A stretch of DNA of 64,000 nt, taken from positions 32,001 to 96,000 of the IMG/VR virus record IMGVR_UViG_3300021387_000796, one strand, 5' to 3'. The position numbers were made by a program, and so were the translations under genes. The DNA comes from a virus. Lineage: Duplodnaviria > Caudoviricetes. This document shows, piece after piece, positions 17,941 to 26,405 of the stretch. Numbering within the stretch: position 1 is the stretch's first letter; each line of letters opens with the position of its first letter. The notes below the pieces were generated by a model. It was not told the origin of the DNA and did not search any database. It saw only the letters and a list, made by a program, of their open reading frames with translations.

Positions 17941-19323
17941 ATGGCAGAAATGACTGCGGAAGAAAAAGCAAAGGCTCGCTTGGCAAAGTTCCAAGAAGCA
18001 AAAAAGAAGGCTGAGGAAGCCAAACAACATGGGGATTTTCCAAAGGAAGATGTTCCTGATTTCAAAACATGTGTACTCAAAAAGGACCAAGCCAAAATCA
18101 TTAGATTGTTAGGCAATTCACCACTCATGCGTGAATCGGTTTATGACCCTCTTATTGTAAAACGTGCGTTCGTTAAAACTGATGATGATAAATGGACTAC
18201 AATTATCATGTCTGAGGACCGTGACCATCCTGTAAATAAGTTATGGCGAACAATTATTGGTAAGTATAAGTATGACAAAGAAAATAAGACAAAAAATTTC
18301 GAAAACAAAGGTAAACCTTCTTTTGAAAGATTTATCAGAAATGGTAAGAAAGTAGAAGATTGTTTGGCTTCAGAAAAAGGTATGATGACAGATACATTCT
18401 ATCTGTTTAATTGTTTGGACCGCACAGATTCATGGTGCGAGGAAAATAAGCATACCAAACTTCTCTGTTGGGATTCTACAACTAAAGAAGTTGATGGAAA
18501 GACTGTTGAATATCCAACATATGGAATCAAACCAAGTCTTTATAACAATATTTTCGATGAACAGTGTACTGCTCTTAATCGCATGTATGATGAATTTGAT
18601 GTAGTCGTAAAGCGTTTGAGCAAGAAACTTGGTGAATCTTGGATTCAGATTTTCTCACCTGAAGAAAAGTCAAAGATTTCACAGATTGGATTAGACCCAA
18701 ATAAAGTAACTATGAATTATCTCACAGAAGATGAGGAAAATTATGAGAAATATAAGTTGGAAGATATACCTTTTATTTCTCGTCCAACATCAGCATCTTA
18801 TGTAAACAAGGTGCTTGGTAAACTCATCAAGCAAGCAGATATTGATTTTGGTACTAATCTTCAGAGTGATTTTGCTGAATGGATTGAAAAAGAGAAGAAA
18901 GAATGGGAAGCCAAGAAAGCCGAAACAAAGGAAAGTGAACCAACAGAAGATGCTTCTACAGAAGTAGAATCAGAAGATGAAGAAGTTACAGAAGAAACAC
19001 CAAGTTTTGATTCTATGAAAACTGTTGAAACAGAATCTTCAGAAGACGATGAACTTCCGAGTGAGGTTGAAGAACCTACACCGACAGTAACAAAGAAAGT
19101 TGTAAAAACTGCAAAAACTGTTTTTGACCCACTTTCTCTCAAATCAGAATTTCCTTACATTGATAAATTGAGAGCCGAAGATTTAGCACTCATTACAGGT
19201 TATAATTCTGAAACTAGCGAACTGACATTTAAGGAAGGAACTGACCTCGCCGAATGTCCTTGCGGATGCACGATTGCTGACCCATTCCAGTCTTGCCCTA
19301 AATGTGGTGCGGTTTTTGGTTAA
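17941..19323 (+). CDS. Putative single-stranded DNA-binding protein (gp32-like) with acidic region and C-terminal Zn ribbon
   Basis: IIRLLG / YLFNCLDR / FDVVVKR pattern, long Glu/Asp-rich tail, own strong promoter (17837) and terminator. Confidence 0.55.
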   Translation: MAEMTAEEKAKARLAKFQEAKKKAEEAKQHGDFPKEDVPDFKTCVLKKDQAKIIRLLGNSPLMRESVYDPLIVKRAFVKTDDDKWTTIIMSEDRDHPVNKLWRTIIGKYKYDKENKTKNFENKGKPSFERFIRNGKKVEDCLASEKGMMTDTFYLFNCLDRTDSWCEENKHTKLLCWDSTTKEVDGKTVEYPTYGIKPSLYNNIFDEQCTALNRMYDEFDVVVKRLSKKLGESWIQIFSPEEKSKISQIGLDPNKVTMNYLTEDEENYEKYKLEDIPFISRPTSASYVNKVLGKLIKQADIDFGTNLQSDFAEWIEKEKKEWEAKKAETKESEPTEDASTEVESEDEEVTEETPSFDSMKTVETESSEDDELPSEVEEPTPTVTKKVVKTAKTVFDPLSLKSEFPYIDKLRAEDLALITGYNSETSELTFKEGTDLAECPCGCTIADPFQSCPKCGAVFG

Positions 19324-19345
19324 TAATAACTAATTATGAATAATT

Positions 19346-19377
19346 AAAGGAACGAGATTATTTCTCGTTCCTTTTTT
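19346..19377 (+). terminator. Intrinsic terminator
   Basis: AAAGGAACGAGA-ttatt-TCTCGTTCCTTTTTT. Confidence 0.85.
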
Positions 19378-19438
19378 ATTTCAATATTGATAAACAGAAC
19401 TATTTATTTTATATTTGTGTTGTATGGAGGAATTTTCT

Positions 19439-19780
19439 ATGGAATATCTTTTGCAGAACACTAAGGTGTTTGTGATTTTGTACATTGTTTCAATTGTATG
19501 TACAATTATGTTTTCAGAAATTGTGAAAAAGTTCGACAAAAATGATAAACTTAAAGGCTACAAAGTTTGGTTGCCTTTTATCTTTTCTTGCGGATTCTCA
19601 GTAGCACTTAAATTTGTTTTTAAAGTTGATTGGATGCTTATGATTTTCATCGAAGGAAGTATGTTTGGATTTTCTGTATTTGGATATGAAGTTATTTTGA
19701 AGTCTATTAATAAACTTATTTGTAAAGCATCAGAAAAGATTGAAAATATATTTGAAAACATATTTAAAAAATCTGAATAA
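19439..19780 (+). CDS. Small multi-TM protein, holin candidate
   Basis: Three hydrophobic segments and a charged C-terminus; GGAGG RBS; GAACTAT variant upstream. Confidence 0.45.
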   Translation: MEYLLQNTKVFVILYIVSIVCTIMFSEIVKKFDKNDKLKGYKVWLPFIFSCGFSVALKFVFKVDWMLMIFIEGSMFGFSVFGYEVILKSINKLICKASEKIENIFENIFKKSE

Positions 19781-19852
19781 AATAGGCGGTTTAAAATAAC
19801 TATTTACATCGTCTGCATAAGTAGACGATTTTAAATTTATGGAGATGGAATT

Positions 19853-20017
19853 ATGACAATAAAACTTACAAAACCTTATATACTAGAGGGTAGGAAATTC
19901 TGCGAGGGAACTGAATTGGTAATTGCTTCTGACGGTGAAACAGAAGAAGTAAATACAACTGCGGATGAACCTGAAAAAGAAACAGATTTCGGAATCGTGC
20001 CAAACGAAGAAAAATAA
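19853..20017 (+). CDS. Small acidic hypothetical protein
   Basis: MTIKLTKPYILEGRKF...; GGAG RBS; TAACTAT at 19797. Confidence 0.5.
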   Translation: MTIKLTKPYILEGRKFCEGTELVIASDGETEEVNTTADEPEKETDFGIVPNEEK

Positions 20018-20047
20018 ATACAATTTGGATTTATATGGAGGAATTAT

Positions 20048-20434
20048 ATGAAAGAATTACCAAAGACATTTTATAATGCTAAAAGAGAATTTGAGAAGTC
20101 CTTTAATTTTGCAATATCCAAAGCAAAAGATGAAAATAAAGATAAAGAACTTGAAAACTATGCCGTTTTATTTGCATTGATTCAAGAGTTTAATAATTTC
20201 TTATTCAAATACGAAGAAGAAGTTTCAGTTGCATTGAAAGACCGAATGGATGATTTGAAGAAATATAAAGTTTTTCTTTCAGATTTTGAGAAAAAGGTAC
20301 ATTATGATGATGAAGCGTCTTGGTTGTTTGTATCAGATATGAATTCAAAAGACTATGCAGAACTTACTAAAATACAAAATGATGAATTTTTGAGAAAAAG
20401 AGCAGAAAATAAAGTTTTGAACGGAGATTTTTAA
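20048..20434 (+). CDS. Hypothetical protein
   Basis: GGAGG RBS. Confidence 0.6.
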   Translation: MKELPKTFYNAKREFEKSFNFAISKAKDENKDKELENYAVLFALIQEFNNFLFKYEEEVSVALKDRMDDLKKYKVFLSDFEKKVHYDDEASWLFVSDMNSKDYAELTKIQNDEFLRKRAENKVLNGDF

Positions 20435-20522
20435 TAAAATCACTAGACAATTTTTATTTATTATGATAATGTAAAACTACAGATTTTCAAGGTCTGTAGT
20501 TTTTATTTATAAGGATAAATAT

Positions 20523-21944
20523 ATGAAAACAATCGAAGAACTAAAAGAACATTTTGAAGGTATTGAATTTTCAGACAAGTATATGGAAATTCTGAAATAT
20601 ATAAGGGAAGATGAGAATGCTAAACTCTCAATTCAAGGGAATGCTGGGTCAGGCAAGTCAACACTGCTTAAAATCATCAATTATATGTTTTCTGACGATG
20701 TTGAAAACAAGAGAATGAATGTTGCAATTGCTTCTTCCACAGGTGTCGCAAGTGCTTTGTTGAATAATGGAACAAATCTTGGTGCTACAACTATTCACTC
20801 GTTATTTCGCCTAAAACCAATTGACATTTTTGGTGCATTTACAAACTCTTCTTATTCACAGAAAGATTTGATTGGAAATATTGATTGCTTTATTTTTGAT
20901 GAAGTTTCTATGGTCAGTTGTGATATGTTCGATTATATAATGTCCATTATTCGTGTATGTCGAAGAGGAAAACCAACAAGAGTTATTTTGTTCGGGGACT
21001 GCTTGCAACTTCAATGTGTTGTTAAAATGGACGACCCTCAAGTAAAAGATTATTATATGACAAATTATAATGGAAATGTAGAATTCTTCTCATCGTTTGC
21101 ATTTAAGGATATGGGATTTGCTACGTTCTTGCTTACAAAAATATATCGTCAAAACGATACTGATGAAAAATTTAAAGATGTCTTGAATAGAATTCGTGTA
21201 TGTGAACAAACACAAGCCGACCTTGATTATTTGAATCAAAGGGTTATGAGTGAAGAAGATTATATTATGCAAAATGAATCTTTTTTGAGAATTGTGTCTA
21301 CAAACAAAGATGTGCAAAAATATAATCAGATTGCTTTGGACGCTATTGATGGAAAATTTATTTGTCTTACTGCTAAAATCAGCGGTAATTTCCGTGAAAC
21401 TTCAGAGTTTAAAAATGGTTTCTTTGCTGAAAAGATTTGGGTAAAAATCGGTTGTCCTGTTATGATTTTACGCAACGCATCTCCAAATGAAAATGGAATT
21501 CGTGATTATTATAACGGTAGTATGGGAACATTGATTTCTTGTAACGATGATTATGCTATTGTAGATTTGGGTGATAGAGAAGTAAAAGTTGAACGTTCAG
21601 TAACAAATAATTATGAATATGAACTTGTAGAAGAAAACGGACACACTGCCGTAAAAAGTAAAATAACAGGTTCTTATGATAATATCATGATTAAAGTTTG
21701 CAGTGCTTCAACTATTCATAAGACACAAGGACTTACACTTTCGAGAGCATATATAGACTATGGTAATTGGCTCCCAGATAATGGTTTGTATGTTGCTTTA
21801 AGTAGATTCCGTTCTATCAAGGATTTCGGGTTAGCAAAGCCTATAAAAATGCGAGATATTCACGCTACACAAGAAAGTCTAAATTATGTGAAAAATAATG
21901 AATTTTTTGAAAATGTGTATAATGAGATGTTTGGAAAAGATTAA
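20523..21944 (+). CDS. Pif1/RecD-like SF1B DNA helicase
   Basis: GNAGSGKST, TIHSLF, DEVSM, FGDCLQL, LTKIYRQ, TIHKTQGLT, YVALSR. Confidence 0.92.
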   Translation: MKTIEELKEHFEGIEFSDKYMEILKYIREDENAKLSIQGNAGSGKSTLLKIINYMFSDDVENKRMNVAIASSTGVASALLNNGTNLGATTIHSLFRLKPIDIFGAFTNSSYSQKDLIGNIDCFIFDEVSMVSCDMFDYIMSIIRVCRRGKPTRVILFGDCLQLQCVVKMDDPQVKDYYMTNYNGNVEFFSSFAFKDMGFATFLLTKIYRQNDTDEKFKDVLNRIRVCEQTQADLDYLNQRVMSEEDYIMQNESFLRIVSTNKDVQKYNQIALDAIDGKFICLTAKISGNFRETSEFKNGFFAEKIWVKIGCPVMILRNASPNENGIRDYYNGSMGTLISCNDDYAIVDLGDREVKVERSVTNNYEYELVEENGHTAVKSKITGSYDNIMIKVCSASTIHKTQGLTLSRAYIDYGNWLPDNGLYVALSRFRSIKDFGLAKPIKMRDIHATQESLNYVKNNEFFENVYNEMFGKD

Positions 21945-21991
21945 AATAAAACAATATTGATTTTAACAAAACATAACTATATTATTTAATT

Positions 21992-22158
21992 GATAAGCGA
22001 GATGTATTTCAAGTTGGTGCTTGAATTGACAGAATTCCTAATCTCATTTTGTCACATCTCGTTTATTTTTTTAACTATCTATTCTGAACATTAACTATTT
22101 TAATGTGAAAGTCGCACCAACGACTTTAAAGGTAAAATTATTTTATAGGAGATTAGGA
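21992..22158 (+). ncRNA. Dual-loop structured RNA/leader cassette (element C)
   Basis: Outer stem 21992-22005/22054-22067 plus U-tract. GTTGGTGC (22013-22020) is complementary to GCACCAAC (22114-22121). Loop TCCTAATCTC (22036-22045) is complementary to GAGATTAGGA (22149-22158). Tandem TAACTAT at 22072 and 22092. Confidence 0.7.
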
Positions 22159-22160
22159 TT

Positions 22161-23495
22161 ATGAATTCATTAACTCGAATGATGTCTTACGACAAGGCAA
22201 AAAGTAAAAATCAAGAACAGTGTAATTGTGTAGAATGTGTTTCTGTTGAAAATGCAGAATTAAAAAATCAAACGATTGAATACCCAAAATTATCGGAAGA
22301 AGAAATCGAACAAATTATTAATGAAATATATTCTTATAAAGATGAAAAGACAAAAACTTTTATTAGAAAAGCATTAAGAATTCATGGTAATAGATATGAT
22401 TATTCAAATGCTGTTTATGTGAATACTAAAATAAAAATTGAAATAATTTGTAAAATAAATAATCATAAAAATTTTTTGCAACGACCGAATGACCATTTGA
22501 AAGGTTGTGGATGTAAAGAATGTGCTAAAAAATATTTTGGTGCAAGTAAAAGATTAACATTGGAAGAATTTATAAAAAAATCAAACGAAATACAAGGTGA
22601 AGGGAGATATGATTATTCGAAAGTTGAATATAAAAATACGAATACTAAAGTATGTATAATTTGCAATAATCACGATGAACCTTATGAATTTTGGCAAACT
22701 CCTAGCAATCATTTAAACGGACACGGTTGCCCAAAATGTGCAAGAATTGAAAAATTAACCTTGAAAGAATTTATTGAAAAAGCGAACAGAGTTCATGGTG
22801 TAGGAACTTATGATTATTCTGAATCAAAATATATTAACACAATAACTCCTATTAAAATAATTTGTTTAATTCATGGTGGTTTTTGGCAGACACCCAATGT
22901 TCATTTAGGTGGAAGTGGATGTCCTAAATGTGCAAATGAACTTGTACATGAACGACAAAAATTAACCTTGAAAGAATTTATCGAAAAAGCAAATGAGGTA
23001 CAAGGGATTGGAAGATATGATTATTCAAAAGTAAAATATATAAATGCACATACTAAAGTAATTATAATTTGTCCGAAGCATGGTGAATTTTCTCAATTAC
23101 CTTATGCTCATTTAAAAGGACGAGGATGTATGTTATGTTGTGAAAAATCAAAAGGTGAAACAAAAATTAGAATATTTTTAATTAATAACAACATATCATT
23201 TGAACAAGAAAAACGATTTAAAGAATGTAGAGATAAAAATCCACTACCTTTCGATTTTTATTTACCGCAATATAATTTATGTATTGAATTTGACGGTGAA
23301 CAACATTTCAAACCATTCGCTTTTAATTCTAGGAAAGTAAGTGATGATATAAAATTAGAAAATCTCAAAAAGGTTCAAAAACATGACCAAATGAAAAATG
23401 ATTATTGTAAAAAGAACGGAATTACTCTTTTGAGAATTAACGATATTAGAAAAATTAATAAAATATTGAATGATTATTTTAAGATAAAAAATTAG
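22161..23495 (+). CDS. Free-standing endonuclease with four Zn-binding (DUF723-like) repeats and a C-terminal Vsr/DUF559-like nuclease
   Basis: Four YDYS..Y.N...K..IIC..HG.F.Q.P..HL.G.GC..C repeats; LPFDFYLPQYNLCIEFDGEQHF. Confidence 0.75.
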   Translation: MNSLTRMMSYDKAKSKNQEQCNCVECVSVENAELKNQTIEYPKLSEEEIEQIINEIYSYKDEKTKTFIRKALRIHGNRYDYSNAVYVNTKIKIEIICKINNHKNFLQRPNDHLKGCGCKECAKKYFGASKRLTLEEFIKKSNEIQGEGRYDYSKVEYKNTNTKVCIICNNHDEPYEFWQTPSNHLNGHGCPKCARIEKLTLKEFIEKANRVHGVGTYDYSESKYINTITPIKIICLIHGGFWQTPNVHLGGSGCPKCANELVHERQKLTLKEFIEKANEVQGIGRYDYSKVKYINAHTKVIIICPKHGEFSQLPYAHLKGRGCMLCCEKSKGETKIRIFLINNNISFEQEKRFKECRDKNPLPFDFYLPQYNLCIEFDGEQHFKPFAFNSRKVSDDIKLENLKKVQKHDQMKNDYCKKNGITLLRINDIRKINKILNDYFKIKN

Positions 23496-23511
23496 AGAAA
23501 TTAAAAAAAAC

Positions 23512-23540
23512 AAACCCTAGACTCAACATCTAGGGTTTTT
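23512..23540. terminator. Bidirectional terminator
   Basis: AAACCCTAGA...TCTAGGGTTTT between convergent genes. Confidence 0.75.
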
Positions 23541-23544
23541 CTAA

Positions 23545-24045
23545 TTATTCTACACTTCTTGTATAAATTGCTTTTATACTAACTGAACTTATTTCTTCAT
23601 TCAATGGAATTGTAAAAATCTGCGGATTATTAGTGTATTCAATTTCACCATAAACCCACTTCTCAAAAGTATAATTTACGGTAACTTCCTCATCCTCAAT
23701 TTCTTCTTTGAGTGAATAATTAGGTGTCTGCATATAAAGTGTGCTTCCTCTTGTACAACTCGGAACAGAAGTAGGATATGCTATGCAGTTTGGAACTTCG
23801 ATTTCTTCACCACTTTCTTCATCAATATGATATGATTTTATTTCAAACGCTACGGTTGTTTCTTCCGTAGGTTCTGTAAGAACATTATCGTGAATTTTTG
23901 AAATCATCATGGGTTCACTACCTTTTTCAGTAGTAATCATATTTACCGCTTTTTCCATAGAAGTAGCGTTTATATAAACATCTTCATTTTCAAATCTTGA
24001 ATTTGTGATTGGATAAATTGCTTTGTATTGATTGATTATTGCCAT
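23545..24045 (-). CDS. Hypothetical protein (possible virion component)
   Basis: GAGGAG RBS; beta-rich C-terminus; late-motif operon. Confidence 0.5.
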   Translation of the reverse strand: MAIINQYKAIYPITNSRFENEDVYINATSMEKAVNMITTEKGSEPMMISKIHDNVLTEPTEETTVAFEIKSYHIDEESGEEIEVPNCIAYPTSVPSCTRGSTLYMQTPNYSLKEEIEDEEVTVNYTFEKWVYGEIEYTNNPQIFTIPLNEEISSVSIKAIYTRSVE

Positions 24046-24448
24046 AATTTAACATCTCCTCATTAAAATTTTGCTGATATAATTTACTGTCTTTTCCAAA
24101 AAATCTTTCATAATTTGATTTTTGTTGTGGAATTGCGTTTATTGTTAATTCTTCGTGTATCATTTTTTTAATTGTAGCAGAATCTAATTCCCCAATATCT
24201 TCAAATTCTTCAATTCTCTTTTCTTTAGCATTAAAAAATATAGGTAAGTTTCTGTCTAATAGATAATTGGTTCGTATAAAATCATAACATTTCAATTGAA
24301 CCAATAATTGTCTTAAAGAATCTTTATCAATTACTGACATAGACTCCAAATTATCCAAAGCATACATATAATGACCTTGATAACAAGGTTTTGCAAAGAG
24401 AAATTCTACAGAATTAAAAAGTTCATTTGGTTGTTTTTCTGTTTCCAT
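23990..24448 (-). CDS. Hypothetical protein
   Basis: ORF 11 nt downstream of a TAACTAT motif. Confidence 0.55.
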   Translation of the reverse strand: METEKQPNELFNSVEFLFAKPCYQGHYMYALDNLESMSVIDKDSLRQLLVQLKCYDFIRTNYLLDRNLPIFFNAKEKRIEEFEDIGELDSATIKKMIHEELTINAIPQQKSNYERFFGKDSKLYQQNFNEEMLNYGNNQSIQSNLSNHKFKI

Positions 24449-24487
24449 AACTATTTAGAATAGTTATGATTGATATGGAGGAAATAT

Positions 24488-24997
24488 ATGTCAGATGAAT
24501 TTGAAGAAAACGAAGTTGAATCTATGAACTTATCTATCGCTGATACAAACACTTTAGTCGAAGAGAGTAAGGAACTTTTAAAAAGTCTTTACAATTTAGA
24601 TGAAAATAAAGTAACAAGAATTACAAGTCAAGATGATTTAAGAAATGATGTTTCATCTTTTATTTCTTCACAATTGAAAAACCTTGAAAATCAAAATACA
24701 CTAAAGAGTATTATTGAAGCAGAAATGGTGAAACGTGTTTTAACACATGATTTAAGTAATGATGAATTGAGAAGTTGGTATGCTACAATTTCTTCTGAAA
24801 AGTCAAAGAATGTTGATTCGTTGTTTAAGGTCTTTGTCCCGACCCAGACCACACCGAATACTATTCTTACTCCTGCGACAAAAGATGAAGAAAAAGAAAC
24901 AATTGATTTAAGTCCTTCACAAAGACAAGCAATTGAAAAACTTTCTCGTATTATTTCTGCAAGTAATCAAGGTGTAAATAATAATGAAGAAAAATAA
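24488..24997 (+). CDS. Hypothetical helical protein
   Basis: ATG 24488 after GGAGG RBS. Confidence 0.55.
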   Translation: MSDEFEENEVESMNLSIADTNTLVEESKELLKSLYNLDENKVTRITSQDDLRNDVSSFISSQLKNLENQNTLKSIIEAEMVKRVLTHDLSNDELRSWYATISSEKSKNVDSLFKVFVPTQTTPNTILTPATKDEEKETIDLSPSQRQAIEKLSRIISASNQGVNNNEEK

Positions 24998-25886
24998 ATC
25001 TATGTATTGGTGGCAAAGACTTGATGTTGAGCCATCTGAAAAAGATAATGTACATGATTTTATGGAAGAGAAAAACTTTTTGTGGAAAGTTTTAACCCTT
25101 CCGTGCTTTACTTGTGTAAATGGTGAATACATTGAAATTGACCGTAATAGAGTTGTCGCTAGAAGTGACGACATGAAGCCTATGTATGTTGTAAAGAAAC
25201 AATACAAATTGATGAACAATGAAGAATGTTTTCAAGTGATGAATTTGTTTAAACAAAAATATGAAAATAGTAAATTTGTATCGTGTGGTGATATATTAAA
25301 TCAAAAGAAATCTTATCTTACAATGCTTTTGAAAAAAGTAAAAATTTGTAATGATGATTTCTTGGTTTACATGACCACCGCTAACGGTTTTGATGGAAGA
25401 AATGCTATAAACTGTGCATTAAGTTTATTAAGAGAATCTGACCATGCGGTTTTTCAAATGGCTGATGAAACCCACAAACGTATTTGGACTATGGGAAGAT
25501 TGGATACAACTTCAAACTTTGACCAACTTTATAAAGAAATTGAAGAATATATAAAGTTTGCTCAAGATTTGGGTGAACAGTTAAATAAAAAAGAAATTGT
25601 GTTGAATGATATTTTAAAACCTTTATTTGAACTTGATTGGAAAAAGTCAAAATGTATAAATCTTCATATGGCTGAACAGAAAGAATATATTAGAGAAATA
25701 TATATAAAAAATGGCGGAAAATCTTTATACAATTTGTATATGGCTATAAGTTCTTATTACTGCAATTATCGTAATATTAGAAATGGAAAATTAGGAGATG
25801 ATTTAAGATTTGATTTTGCGATGATTGGATATTTTTACGAACTGTGTAATTACACTAACTATATAATTAAAAATCTTACTATATAA
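24984..25886 (+). CDS. DUF932/DUF945-like phage protein
   Basis: VVKKQYKLMNNEECF...SCGDI...YMTTANGFDG pattern. Confidence 0.55.
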   Translation: MKKNKSMYWWQRLDVEPSEKDNVHDFMEEKNFLWKVLTLPCFTCVNGEYIEIDRNRVVARSDDMKPMYVVKKQYKLMNNEECFQVMNLFKQKYENSKFVSCGDILNQKKSYLTMLLKKVKICNDDFLVYMTTANGFDGRNAINCALSLLRESDHAVFQMADETHKRIWTMGRLDTTSNFDQLYKEIEEYIKFAQDLGEQLNKKEIVLNDILKPLFELDWKKSKCINLHMAEQKEYIREIYIKNGGKSLYNLYMAISSYYCNYRNIRNGKLGDDLRFDFAMIGYFYELCNYTNYIIKNLTI

Positions 25887-25916
25887 TATTATATTTGACA
25901 ATTAGAGGTGATTTTA

Positions 25917-26332
25917 TGAATACATTGTCTGAACTTTCAAGTTATGTTTATCTTTTAGGAAATGATGCTCGCATTTTGCATTTATATACAGAAGGTGAGA
26001 ACTTTATGAGTATTCATGAACTTTTGCAAGATTTGTATGAAGTTTGTTTTGAATATTATGACACTTTTGCTGAAATGGCTATTGCTCATAATGAATCTAT
26101 TCCTAATCCTAGTGATATTGTTTTAAGCGAAGGAATTGATTGGAATCCTACACTTGGTGATGCTTTTGATACAAACTTCATTGTAAGTGAAGTAAAAGAA
26201 AAAGGAAATAAAGTTATTACTATAGGTGATACTCTTGAAGGATACGAAGGATTCGTAAAAAGTGAAATTGACGCTTTCAATGCTGAATTAGATTCAATTG
26301 TGAATTATAAATTTGGTCGGATTGGAAAATAA
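25917..26332 (+). CDS. Dps/ferritin-like protein
   Basis: LHLYTEGENFMSIHELLQDLYE...DTFAE resembles the Dps ferroxidase-centre signature. Confidence 0.65.
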
Positions 26333-26366
26333 GTTTGTTGTTTTTCAAATCCGAAAATATAGATTA

Positions 26367-26394
26367 GACCTACCAAAAGTAGGTCTTTTTTTTT
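26367..26394 (+). terminator. Intrinsic terminator
   Basis: AGACCTAC-caaaa-GTAGGTCT followed by a T run. Confidence 0.8.
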
Positions 26395-26405
26395 GTATAA
26401 ATTAC

